A stretch of 64,000 bases of DNA from the NCBI GenBank assembly GCA_034429215.1, contig DAOUGI010000126.1, positions 49,213-113,212 of the forward strand, in the 5' to 3' direction. The notes below the pieces were generated by a model. The model did not search any database, was not told the DNA's origin, and worked only from the letters and a program-made list of their open reading frames with translations. Positions 35,433 through 45,180 of this stretch are shown piece by piece. Each line of letters begins with the position of its first letter. Positions within the stretch are counted from its first letter, which is position 1. Position numbers and translations under genes: made by a program. The DNA is from Anaerolineae bacterium (GTDB taxonomy: Bacteria; Chloroflexota; Anaerolineae; JAAYZQ01).

Positions 35433-36977
35433 GTGTCTGTCGAGAGAAAAGAGCCAGCAGGTGTACCAGAGATCCCCGCCAGGGGATCTGAGCCTGTCAG
35501 GTTTGTGGCAGCGATCATCGGGGTTTATCTGGCGCTGGCGGTGCTGTTCGCAGTCTATACGCCGGCGTGGCAGAACCCCGATGAGCCGGCCCATTACAAT
35601 TACGTCAAATACCTGGCCGAGCAGCACCGCTTCCCGGTGCTCAAACCGGGCGATTATCCGGCCGCCTACCTGGAGGAGATAAAAGCTGCCCACTTTCCGC
35701 CAGAGATGGGCATCGACCCGATCCGCTACGAGTTCCACCAGCCGCCGCTCTACTACCTGCTGGCAGTGGCGGTCTACCGGGTGTCCGGCGGGGCGCTGCT
35801 GCCGCTGCGGCTGCTGACGGTGGCGCTCGGGGTAGCCCTACTGCTGGTGGTGTATTGGGCGGCACAGGAAGTAGCGCCCCGGCGGCCTGGCCTGGCCCTG
35901 GGAGCGGCGGCGTTTGCCAGCCTGCTGCCCATGCACCTGGCCCAGTCGGCCGCGGCCGGCAACGACCTGCTGGCCGAGTTGCTGCTGGCGACGATCGTGC
36001 TGCTGGCGATCCGGTATATCAAGATGCCGGCAGCCGGGGCGGACGGCCGTTCGACGAGGCAGGCAGTGGTGTTGGGAGTAGCGACGGGGCTGGCGTTCGT
36101 GACGAAATCGGGGATCTATGTGGCGCTGCCGCTGGCGGTACTGGCTATTGCGGCACGGCAAATATGGCTGGAGGAGCGGCCCTTTTCGGGCAAGGCATTT
36201 GTCAAGACGGCTGGGTTGTACCTGCTGCCGGCGATTGCGATGGCGCTGCCATGGTGGGCGCGCAACGTGGCCCACTATGGCGGGCTGGATCTGCTTGGGT
36301 TGGAGCGGCACAACCTGGTAGTAGCCGGGCAGTTGCGGACGTCCGAGTTTTTGGCCGCCCACGGGACGGCCCGCTGGCTGGGCGACCTGGGATTGACGAC
36401 CTTCCGCAGCTTTTGGGGGCAGTTTGGCTGGATGGGGGTCTTGCTCGACGCGCGGATATACCAGGGGCTGGCCGTATGGTCGGGGGTGGCGCTGGCCGGG
36501 CTGGTCGCCTGGGCAGTAAGCGCCTGGCAGCAGGCGAGGAAAGGCTGGCGCCCGGCGCGGTGGCAGGCCGCCGCAGGCGGGCTGCTGGCCCTGCTGGCGC
36601 TGTTCAGCGCAGGCAGCTACCTGTGGTACAACACCCAGTTCGTCCAGTTCCAGGGGCGCTACCTATTCACCGCACTGGCGCCGATCAGCCTGGCGGCAGC
36701 GGTGGGCTGGCGCCAGGCGCTGCGCCGCGAGACCGCCTGGCCCCTGGCAGCGCTGTTGCTCGGCGGCGCGGTGGTGGTGGCGGGTGGCAGCCTGCTGGCC
36801 GGCGATCTGGCCACGTGGCCGGCGCTCATGCTCGGTGTGGCCGGGGCGGCGTTCGTTGCGCGGCGGTTCGCGCCCCAGCGCTGGGACCCGGCGATCGAGG
36901 CGCTGCCCTGCTTGCTGCTCATCCCGCTGGACGTGGCGTGCCTGTTCCTGTTCATTGTCCCCCAACTGGCGCGGTGA
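35433..36977 (+). CDS. Polytopic membrane glycosyltransferase, GT39/ArnT-PMT-like
   Basis: Many TM helices. Conserved first-loop region TPAWQNPDEPAHYNYVKYL. The GTG at 35433 is preceded by GGAGG. The start is uncertain because the ORF is open from 35232. Confidence 0.6.
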   Translation: MSVERKEPAGVPEIPARGSEPVRFVAAIIGVYLALAVLFAVYTPAWQNPDEPAHYNYVKYLAEQHRFPVLKPGDYPAAYLEEIKAAHFPPEMGIDPIRYEFHQPPLYYLLAVAVYRVSGGALLPLRLLTVALGVALLLVVYWAAQEVAPRRPGLALGAAAFASLLPMHLAQSAAAGNDLLAELLLATIVLLAIRYIKMPAAGADGRSTRQAVVLGVATGLAFVTKSGIYVALPLAVLAIAARQIWLEERPFSGKAFVKTAGLYLLPAIAMALPWWARNVAHYGGLDLLGLERHNLVVAGQLRTSEFLAAHGTARWLGDLGLTTFRSFWGQFGWMGVLLDARIYQGLAVWSGVALAGLVAWAVSAWQQARKGWRPARWQAAAGGLLALLALFSAGSYLWYNTQFVQFQGRYLFTALAPISLAAAVGWRQALRRETAWPLAALLLGGAVVVAGGSLLAGDLATWPALMLGVAGAAFVARRFAPQRWDPAIEALPCLLLIPLDVACLFLFIVPQLAR

Positions 36978-36987
36978 GGGCGGCACG

Positions 36988-37845
36988 GTGATAGACCTGC
37001 ACGTCCACTCAACCTGCTCGGCCGACGGGGGAGCGAGCATCGTCGACTATGCCCGGCGGGCGCAGGAGCTGGGGCTGGTCGAGGTCGGCCTGTGCGAGCA
37101 CGCCGATTTCGACCCGCGCGACCGGAGCTACGGCTACCTGGATCTGGCCCGCTACGACCGGGAGATGGCAGAGGCGCGGGCTAAAACGCCGCGAGTCCTG
37201 CTGCGGCAAGGGGTGGAGATCACCTACCAGGCCGGCCTGGAAGCTGAGATCCGGGCGTGGCTGGCCCGCAAGGATTGGGATTACGTCATCGCTTCGGTCC
37301 ACCTGGTGGATTATGACGACGGCTGGGCGATGGTCTCCGAGCCGCCGGCGGCGGAGGCCTATTTTAGCAACCACAGCCAGCGCCAGGCCTACGTGCCCTA
37401 TTTTGAGGAGCTGCTGCGCGCGGCCCGCAGCAGCCTGGGCGACGTGCTGGGGCATTTTGACCTGGTCAAGCGCTATGGGGTGGCATGCTATGGCCAGTTT
37501 GAGCCTGAGGTTTTTGCCGATGAGATCCGCGCCGTGCTGCGGGCCGCGGTCGAGGCGGGGGTGGGGCTGGAGATCAACGCCTCTGGGCTGCGCCAGGCGC
37601 CGGGGGAGCCCTATCCGGGGTTGACGATACTGCGCTGGTACCGCGAGCTGGGCGGCGAGATCCTGACGGTCGGCTCGGATGCGCACTGCGTCGAGCACCT
37701 GGCAGCCGGCGCAGACCAGGCGCTGGCGCTGGCATTGGCGGCAGGTTTTACGGCCATCACCACGTTCGACGCACGGGCGCCACGGTGGATCGCGATCAGC
37801 GATTTCCGATCACGGGACCCATTCCTGCAACCTGACGGCGGTTGA
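36988..37845 (+). CDS. PHP-domain phosphoesterase (histidinol-phosphatase HisJ family)
   Basis: VIDLHVHSTCSADG, GLCEHADF and ...ASVHLVD.... GTG start at 36988. Confidence 0.75.
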   Translation: MIDLHVHSTCSADGGASIVDYARRAQELGLVEVGLCEHADFDPRDRSYGYLDLARYDREMAEARAKTPRVLLRQGVEITYQAGLEAEIRAWLARKDWDYVIASVHLVDYDDGWAMVSEPPAAEAYFSNHSQRQAYVPYFEELLRAARSSLGDVLGHFDLVKRYGVACYGQFEPEVFADEIRAVLRAAVEAGVGLEINASGLRQAPGEPYPGLTILRWYRELGGEILTVGSDAHCVEHLAAGADQALALALAAGFTAITTFDARAPRWIAISDFRSRDPFLQPDGG

Positions 37846-37862
37846 TGCGTAAAGAGGGGTGA

Positions 37863-37891
37863 TTGCCAGAAAAAAGAACTGCTGGTATAAT
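37863..37891 (+). promoter_or_regulatory. Sigma70-type promoter TTGCCA-17-TATAAT
   Basis: Counted directly. It is 26 nt upstream of the ATG at 37917, which has an AGGAGG Shine-Dalgarno sequence. Confidence 0.55.
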
Positions 37892-37916
37892 CTGTGACAA
37901 TGTACAGGAGGTAGAA

Positions 37917-38627
37917 ATGGACATTGGAAAAGCGTTCAGTTTCGTGTTCGAGGACGATCGCTGGATCACCAAGATCCTGATCGCCGCCGCCATCCTGGCG
38001 GTAGGATGGGTGTTCTGCTGGTTGTTGGGCGTCCCGCTGCTGCTGGCTTTTCTGCTGCTGGCCGGCTACCAGGTCGAGATCACCCGGCGGGTAATCCGGG
38101 GCGTGACGCCGGTGCTGCCCGAGTGGGATGACTGGGGCAAGCTGCTCGTCGAAGGCATCAAGTTTGCGGTCATCGGCCTCGTGTATGCCCTGCCGGCCAT
38201 CGTCGTGAGCATCTGCCTGGGTGTGCCGCTGAGCTTGTGGGGAGAGAACGGCAACGGCGACGCCACCTGGGCCAGTTGGGTGTTCGGCCTGCCCATGACC
38301 GGCATGAACATCATGTGGGGCATCTTCACCGCCCTGGTACTGCCTGCAGCCGTCGCCTTTTACGTGGTCAACGACGATCTGGCCGCCGCCTTTCGCTTCG
38401 GCGAGGTGGTCCGCTTTACCTTCAAGAACATCAAGACCTACATCATCACCGCGATCATGGGCTGGGTGGCGGGATTGATCGGCGGCCTGGGCACCTGGCT
38501 ATGCCTCATCGGCTGGCTGGCGACCTACCCGTACTCGATCATGGTCACCGGTCACCTGTATGGCCAGGCCTACCTGGAAGCAACCCAGCCGGCCGCGTTG
38601 GCGCCGGCGCCTGAACCCGAATCATAG
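37917..38627 (+). CDS. DUF4013-like integral membrane protein
   Basis: MDIGKAFSFVFEDDRWITKILIAAAI, which is the typical DUF4013 N-terminus. Multiple TM helices. Confidence 0.6.
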   Translation: MDIGKAFSFVFEDDRWITKILIAAAILAVGWVFCWLLGVPLLLAFLLLAGYQVEITRRVIRGVTPVLPEWDDWGKLLVEGIKFAVIGLVYALPAIVVSICLGVPLSLWGENGNGDATWASWVFGLPMTGMNIMWGIFTALVLPAAVAFYVVNDDLAAAFRFGEVVRFTFKNIKTYIITAIMGWVAGLIGGLGTWLCLIGWLATYPYSIMVTGHLYGQAYLEATQPAALAPAPEPES

Positions 38628-38654
38628 CCGGGCATATAGGCAGAGCCAAGCTCG

Positions 38655-38716
38655 TCAACCTGGGCGAAGCGAAGCGCCGCTAACACCGGACCTCTCGCTT
38701 CGCTCAGGATGACAAC
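38655..38716. repeat. Dispersed repeat family A, inverted pair forming a long hairpin
   Basis: GTCAACCTGGGCGAAGCGAAGC...CTCGCTTCGCTCAGGATGACAAC. Confidence 0.65.
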
Positions 38717-38766
38717 ATGTCTGCCAGGACTTCGCCCGGCCGGCTATCATCGAAGGAGGCAATGTA

Positions 38767-39267
38767 ATGTTTTGTCCAGCGTGTGGTGCACCAAATGAAG
38801 AGGGAACTGCATTCTGCGGGAACTGTGGCGCGGCATTGAGCGCCGATGCCATTCCGCCCGCCGAAGAGGCGCCGCTGCAAAGCGACGCACCGGAGGAGGT
38901 GGCGCTGATGATCCCGCCCCCACCCCCGCCGCCAGAGCCGCCGGGACCTTCCGTCAGGGCGGTGGGATCTCCCGTGCCGACCAACGGCATGGCCATCGCC
39001 TCACTGATCCTGGGCATCGCCGGGCTGACGGTGGTGCCGACGATCGGGAGTGTGCTGGCCTTGATCCTTGGCTATATGGGCAAGCGCGACATCCGCCAAC
39101 GCCCAACCGAGACGACGGGCGAAGGGCTGGCCACCGCCGGCATCGTGATGGGCTGGATCGGGATAGTGCTGACCGTGTTGGTCGCGTGCGGTCTCATCGC
39201 CTGGTTCAGCATCTGCGCCCTCGCGTCCAGCGGTGCGACGTACGAGTCATTCCTGCTAGTGCCATAG
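38767..39267 (+). CDS. Zinc-ribbon + Pro-rich linker + DUF4190-like membrane domain protein
   Basis: MFCPACGAPNEEGTAFCGNCG, PPPPPPPEPPGP, then NGMAIASLILGIAGL. Confidence 0.6.
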   Translation: MFCPACGAPNEEGTAFCGNCGAALSADAIPPAEEAPLQSDAPEEVALMIPPPPPPPEPPGPSVRAVGSPVPTNGMAIASLILGIAGLTVVPTIGSVLALILGYMGKRDIRQRPTETTGEGLATAGIVMGWIGIVLTVLVACGLIAWFSICALASSGATYESFLLVP

Positions 39268-39277
39268 GAACCAGACC

Positions 39278-39844
39278 ATGGCCGGTGTGCTGAACGTTTT
39301 CACCGCCTTTGGCCTGTCGTCGGCAGCGGGCCTCAACGCCTACGTGCCCTTGTTGGTCGTGGCGTTGCTGGCCCGCTTTACCGATCTGATCGAGCTCAAG
39401 GCCCCCTGGGACGCGCTCGAATCGCCGTGGACGATCGGCGTGCTGGCGGTGCTGCTGCTGATCGAGATCGTGGCCGACAAAGTGCCGGCGGTAGATTCGA
39501 TCAACGACACGATCCAGACCTTCATCCGGCCGACCGCCGGGGCGATCCTGTTCGCAGCCAGTGTGGGGACCGCGGGCAAGGTGGACTCGGTGCTGGCAAT
39601 CATCTGCGGGCTGCTGCTCGCCGGCGGGGTGCACGCCACCAAGGCCACCGCCCGGCCGCTTGTCACCGCGACAACCGCCGGAACCATGAACCCAGTGGTC
39701 AGCACGGTCGAGGACGGGGTGTCCTTGATCGTGTCGATCTTGGCCATCGTCGCGCCGATCATTGGGGTGATACTGGTGGTGCTGATCGCCATCTGGTTCA
39801 TCCGCTGGTGGCGGAGGCGGCGGGCAGAACGGGAGTGGGGGTGA
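39278..39844 (+). CDS. DUF4126-like membrane protein
   Basis: FGLSSAAGLNAYVPLLVVALLARF and IEIVADKVPAVDSINDTIQTFIRP. Confidence 0.6.
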   Translation: MAGVLNVFTAFGLSSAAGLNAYVPLLVVALLARFTDLIELKAPWDALESPWTIGVLAVLLLIEIVADKVPAVDSINDTIQTFIRPTAGAILFAASVGTAGKVDSVLAIICGLLLAGGVHATKATARPLVTATTAGTMNPVVSTVEDGVSLIVSILAIVAPIIGVILVVLIAIWFIRWWRRRRAEREWG

Positions 39845-39848
39845 GGCG

Positions 39849-40322
39849 ATGACGGACAAGCAAACGTTGGCGGCCCGCCGGGGCCTCTATTTTGAAGAGT
39901 TCGAAGTGGGGCAGTCGATCGCCAGCGCCGGGCGGACGGTGACCGAGGCCGACGTGGTAGCCTTTGCCAGCCTGAGCGGCGACTGGAACTCGATCCACAC
40001 CGACGCCGAGTATGCGCGCCAGGCGCCGTTCGGCCAGCGGGTGGCCCACGGGTTGCTGGGATTGTCGATCGCCAGCGGGTTAGCGACGCGGCTGGGGTTC
40101 ATGGAAGGGACCGTCCTGGCCTTTCGCGAGCTGGGCGAGTGGAAGTTCAGCCTGCCGATCTACCTGGGCGACACGATCCGGCTGCGGGCCACAGTGGCCG
40201 AGCTGAAAGCGATGGGCCGGCTGGGCGGCGGGCTGGTCACCTTCAAGGTCGAGCTGCTGAACCAGAAGGATGACGTGGTGCAGCGCGGCACGTGGAGTGT
40301 GCTCGTAAAAAGCCGCGGGTAG
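39849..40322 (+). CDS. MaoC-like (R)-specific enoyl-CoA hydratase/dehydratase
   Basis: Hot-dog fold motif SGDWNSIHTDAEYA...FGQRVAHGLL. Confidence 0.82.
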   Translation: MTDKQTLAARRGLYFEEFEVGQSIASAGRTVTEADVVAFASLSGDWNSIHTDAEYARQAPFGQRVAHGLLGLSIASGLATRLGFMEGTVLAFRELGEWKFSLPIYLGDTIRLRATVAELKAMGRLGGGLVTFKVELLNQKDDVVQRGTWSVLVKSRG

Positions 40323-40327
40323 TTGCT

Positions 40328-40768
40328 CTACTCTCCATTCGAAAAATGAACCAGCTCGACGTGAGCCTGTTCCAGGAAGGAACGGGCGATCTCGTCGGGA
40401 TAATCGCCGGCATAGACGACACGCTCTATGCCGGCGTTGATGATCATCTTGGCACAGCTCAGACAGGGCTGGTGGGTGACGTACAGGGTGCTGTGGGACA
40501 CGTCCACACCGTGGAGGGCGCCCTGGATGATGGCGTTCTGCTCGGCGTGGAGCGTCCGGACACAGTGGCCGTTGACGATCAGGCAGCCGGCCTCGGTGCA
40601 GTGGGGCAGGCCGCGCGGTGAGCCGTTGTAGCCAGTGGTCAGGATCCGCTTGTCGCGGACGATGACGGCGCCCACCGACGCCCGCGGGCAGGTGCTCCGC
40701 CGGGCAACCTGGAAGGTAATGTCCATAAAGTAGCTATCCCACGAGGGGCGGTCGGACTGTGGTTCCAT
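40328..40768 (-). CDS. dCMP/cytidine deaminase family zinc enzyme
   Basis: HAEQNAI and PCLSCAKMI zinc motifs. Confidence 0.85.
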   Translation of the reverse strand: MEPQSDRPSWDSYFMDITFQVARRSTCPRASVGAVIVRDKRILTTGYNGSPRGLPHCTEAGCLIVNGHCVRTLHAEQNAIIQGALHGVDVSHSTLYVTHQPCLSCAKMIINAGIERVVYAGDYPDEIARSFLEQAHVELVHFSNGE

Positions 40769-40771
40769 CGG

Positions 40772-41932
<1,161 letters not shown>

Positions 41933-42235
41933 TTTGGGTTGGACCTCCTTGTCCGGTTGTGGGTCCTGTTTCAGGGTGCGGATCGTCCAGCGATCCGCGT
42001 CCTCATTATACCACAGCTCAAAGAAATCGCCAGATTGAACCCGCACACGAAAGGCCGGGCCTTCCGGCGCGCGCCACCGCCGCTCGACGTGGGCCACCTC
42101 GCAGCGGCGTCCCTGCCAGACAAAGGCGCGCGGCTCCTGGGCGTAGGTGTGGCCGGAGTAGCACTCGACCTGGGGCCTGTCCTGCCCGCACCCGTGGCGC
42201 AGGCACAGGTGCGCGAGAGCAAAGGGCTCAGTCAT
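41933..42235 (-). other. In-frame 101-codon upstream extension of the aminotransferase ORF (possible fused N-terminal domain or independent upstream ORF)
   Basis: The ATG at 42235 overlaps the stop of the upstream gene (ATGACTGA). There is no stop codon before the aminotransferase ATG. Sequence ...FVWQGRRCEVAHVERRWRAPEGPAFRVRVQSGDFFELWYNEDADRWTIR. Confidence 0.3.
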
Positions 42236-43235
42236 GGGCCTCGGCAAAATCGACCTGGGACGAGTCGCCCACGTTCAGCACCCGGTAGCGGCCGCGGACG
42301 AACGCCTCCTTGCCGATGAGCGACCGGTCGAGCATGGTGTCGTCGATCGAGGCGCCCTCGTCGATGATCGAGTCGCGGACGATGGAATGGAGGACGGTGC
42401 TGTGCTCGGCGATGGTGACGTAAGGGCCGACGATCGAGTGCTCGACGCGCGCCGTGGGGGCGATATAGACCGGCGGGATGACGACCGAGTTGACCGGCGC
42501 CGCCTGACTGCCGTTGGCCTGGCCATGCTGGAGCAGAAAGCGGTTGGTCTGGAGCACATCCTTGGGGGTGCCGCAGTCTTCCCAGTAGGTGACCTGGCGC
42601 ACGCCAAAGCGAGCGCCCTTTTCCACCATCAGGTTCAGGGCGTCGGCCAGCCAGTACTCGCCCTTGGCCTGGATGTCGCGGGCCATCAGCTCTTCGATGG
42701 CGCGGACCAGCCATGCCGCGTCGCGGACATAGTAGGCGCCGATGACGGCCAGCCGGTTGTCGAAGGTGTCGGGCTTTTCGACCAGGCGGGTCACCCGGCC
42801 GTCGGGGTCGAGAACCGCCACGCCAAAGCGGCGGGGATCGGCCACCTCTTTGACGTACAGGACCCCATCCAGACCCGACTCTTCCAGCCCGTGCAGGTCG
42901 GCGTCAAAAACGGTGTCGACAAAGACGATCAGGACCGGCCCGGACAGGCATTCGCGCGCCAGCCAGAGGGCATGGGCCTGGCCGAGCAGCTCCTTTTGCT
43001 CGACGTAGCGGGCCGGGTAGGGATAGCCGCCGGCCTCATAGTATTCCTGGATCTGGTCGCCCAGCCAGCCGACGACAAAGGTCAGCTCGTCCACATGGAC
43101 GTCGAGGCCGGCCAGCTTGTCGAGGATGTGGCCAAGCACCGGCTTGCCGGCGACGTTGAGCAACGGCTTGGGTTTGGACCAGGTATGGGGCCGCATGCGC
43201 TTGCCAAAGCCGGCCAAAGGGATGATTACTTGCAT
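42228..43235 (-). CDS. Sugar-phosphate nucleotidyltransferase with C-terminal left-handed beta-helix
   Basis: MQVIIPLAGFGKRMRP...KPLL (GxGxR motif). Hexapeptide-repeat C-terminus. The 509-aa ORF N-terminus overlapping gatA is rejected. Confidence 0.82.
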   Translation of the reverse strand: MQVIIPLAGFGKRMRPHTWSKPKPLLNVAGKPVLGHILDKLAGLDVHVDELTFVVGWLGDQIQEYYEAGGYPYPARYVEQKELLGQAHALWLARECLSGPVLIVFVDTVFDADLHGLEESGLDGVLYVKEVADPRRFGVAVLDPDGRVTRLVEKPDTFDNRLAVIGAYYVRDAAWLVRAIEELMARDIQAKGEYWLADALNLMVEKGARFGVRQVTYWEDCGTPKDVLQTNRFLLQHGQANGSQAAPVNSVVIPPVYIAPTARVEHSIVGPYVTIAEHSTVLHSIVRDSIIDEGASIDDTMLDRSLIGKEAFVRGRYRVLNVGDSSQVDFAEAHD

Positions 43236-43239
43236 GTCG

Positions 43240-44742
43240 TCAACTCTCCATGTCAATCGATGGTAGTGCCGGCCGCCGCAGGTGCCAGTCGGTGGCCTGC
43301 TCGTAGGCGTGGGCGGCGCGCAGGACGGTGACCTCGTCAAAAGCACGGCCCATGATCTGAAGGCCGATCGGCAGGCCGGCCCGGTCAAAGCCGCACGGCA
43401 GCGATATGCCGCACAGGCCGGCCAGCGACAGGGCCAGGGTAAAGACGTCGGCCAGGTACATCTGCAAGGGGTCGCCGGCCTTTTCGCCGATCCTGAACGC
43501 AGTGGCCGGCGTGGTCGGCGCGGCCAACAGGTCGCATTGCTGCCAGACCTGCTCGAAATCGCGGCGGATGAGGGTGCGGACCTGGCCGGCCTTGAGGTAG
43601 TAGGCGTCATAGTAGCCGGCCGACAGGGCATAGGCGCCGAGCATGATCCGCCGCTTGACCTCGGGGCCAAAGCCCTGGCCCCGCGTCTGCCGGTAGCCGT
43701 CCCACAGGGCCTGCCCTGAGCCCGTCGAAGGGTCGCCGCCGGCGACAGACAGGCCATAGCGGACGCCGTCGTAGCGGGCCAGGTTGGCCGACGCTTCGGC
43801 GGGGGCGATCAGGTAGTAGGCCGGCAAGGCATACTCGGTGTGGGGCAGCGACACGGATACGATCTCGGCGCCCAGGCCGGCCAACAGGGCGATGGCGTCG
43901 CGGACCGCCGCCTCGACCTCGGGCTGGATGCCTTCCAGGAAATATTCACGCGGCACGCCGACCCGCAGGCCGCGCAGATCGCCGGTCAGGGTGGCCAGGT
44001 AGTCGGGCACCGGCAGGTCGACGGAGGTCGAATCGCGCGGGTCGTGACCGGCGATAGCGCCCAGGAGGACGGCCGCGTCGGCCACGGTGGCGGCCAGGGG
44101 GCCGATCTGGTCGAGGGACGAGGCAAAGGCGACCAGCCCCCAGCGGCTGACGCGGCCGTAGGTCGGCTTGAGGCCGACGATGCCGCACAGGGCGGCCGGC
44201 TGGCGGACGCTGCCGCCGGTGTCGCTGCCCAAGGCGCCGAGGGCCAGCCCGGCGGCAATCGCTGCGGCGCTGCCGCCGCTGGAACCACCCGGCACGCGGT
44301 CCAGATCCCACGGGTTGTGGGTGGTAAAAAAGGCCGAGTTCTCGGTGGACGATCCCATGGCGAACTCGTCGGTGTTGGTCTTGCCGAGGATGACCGCCCC
44401 GGCAGCCCGCAGCCTGTCCACGGCGGCGGCGCTGAAAGGCGGCACATAGTTCTCGAGGATGCGCGAGCCGCAGGTGGTGGGCAGCCCTTCGACACAGATG
44501 ACGTCCTTGACGGCCAGCGGCACGCCCAACAGCGGATGGTCCTCGCCGGCGGCCCGGCGCCGGTCGGCCTCGGCGGCCTGGTCAAGGGCCATCTCGGGGG
44601 CGAGGGTCAGGTAGGCTTTGAGGTCATTGTCGAGGGCCACGATCCGGTCCAACAACGCCTGGGTCAGCGCCACGGAAGAGATGTCACCCGCGCGGAGCAG
44701 GCGATGGGCCTGGCGGATGGTCAAGGGCAGAATACCGGTCAT
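43240..44742 (-). CDS. gatA: Glutamyl-tRNA(Gln) amidotransferase subunit A
   Basis: Amidase signature [14 protein letters not shown] and LAVKDVI. The start ATG overlaps the gatC stop (ATGA). Confidence 0.92.
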   Translation of the reverse strand: MTGILPLTIRQAHRLLRAGDISSVALTQALLDRIVALDNDLKAYLTLAPEMALDQAAEADRRRAAGEDHPLLGVPLAVKDVICVEGLPTTCGSRILENYVPPFSAAAVDRLRAAGAVILGKTNTDEFAMGSSTENSAFFTTHNPWDLDRVPGGSSGGSAAAIAAGLALGALGSDTGGSVRQPAALCGIVGLKPTYGRVSRWGLVAFASSLDQIGPLAATVADAAVLLGAIAGHDPRDSTSVDLPVPDYLATLTGDLRGLRVGVPREYFLEGIQPEVEAAVRDAIALLAGLGAEIVSVSLPHTEYALPAYYLIAPAEASANLARYDGVRYGLSVAGGDPSTGSGQALWDGYRQTRGQGFGPEVKRRIMLGAYALSAGYYDAYYLKAGQVRTLIRRDFEQVWQQCDLLAAPTTPATAFRIGEKAGDPLQMYLADVFTLALSLAGLCGISLPCGFDRAGLPIGLQIMGRAFDEVTVLRAAHAYEQATDWHLRRPALPSIDMES

Positions 44743-45068
44743 TCGGTACCGCCGGGAGTCGGCTCGGAGGCCGAGGGCAATATGATCGGCACGCGGAAGC
44801 AGCCGTTCTCGACGGCCGGGGCGTTGGCCAGGACGTCTTCGACCGGCAGGGAAGGGCGGGCCTCGTCGTCGCGCATGACGTTTTCGAGGGGCAAGACGGT
44901 CGCGGTCAGGGGGATGTCGCCGGTGTCCAACTGTCGCAGCCGCTCGGCGTACTCCAGGACCGCCGACAATTGGAGCCGGAAGGTCTCTCGCTCCTGCTCG
45001 GTCAATGCCAGCTTGGCCAAATCGGCCACATGATCCACTTGTTTGAGGCTCAGCTCCGCGGCGGTCAT
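44739..45068 (-). CDS. gatC: Glutamyl-tRNA(Gln) amidotransferase subunit C
   Basis: [16 protein letters not shown]...[15 protein letters not shown]...MRDDE. Located immediately upstream of gatA. Confidence 0.88.
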   Translation of the reverse strand: MTAAELSLKQVDHVADLAKLALTEQERETFRLQLSAVLEYAERLRQLDTGDIPLTATVLPLENVMRDDEARPSLPVEDVLANAPAVENGCFRVPIILPSASEPTPGGTE

Positions 45069-45132
45069 CGCCGTGCATTATAGCACCTAATCAAGGATGT
45101 GGCAAAAATCGTCCAGGCGGGGCCGTCGATTG

Positions 45133-45161
45133 TTGCGCCTGATTTCGAAAGATGGTATAAT
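45133..45161 (+). promoter_or_regulatory. Sigma70-type promoter TTGCGC-17-TATAAT
   Basis: Counted directly. The -10 element ends 1 nt before the ATG at 45163, which argues for the ATG at 45181 as the kinase start. Confidence 0.45.
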
Positions 45162-45180
45162 TATGTCAGAGAGACCGTCT

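Noticed and set aside
42228-43757. Extended N-termini in the ORF track: the 509-aa ORF over gatA, the 755-aa ORF at 59814-62081, the 702-aa ORF at 59719-61827, the 556-aa ORF at 31267-32937, the 439-aa ORF at 48206-49525 and the 481-aa ORF at 49024-50469. The 290-aa phoU, 165-aa Mth938 and 9072 start variants belong to the same group.
   Set aside because: The extensions overlap the upstream gene in another frame and are compositionally biased. Internal ATG/GTG codons with Shine-Dalgarno sequences or ATGA/TAATG overlaps coincide with the conserved family N-termini.
45163-45180. ATG at 45163 as the histidine kinase start (ORF-track variant from 45097 or MSERPS...)
   Set aside because: The TATAAT box ends at 45161, so a transcript from this promoter would start downstream of that ATG. 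The ATG at 45181 is favoured, but the call is uncertain and depends on the promoter prediction being right.
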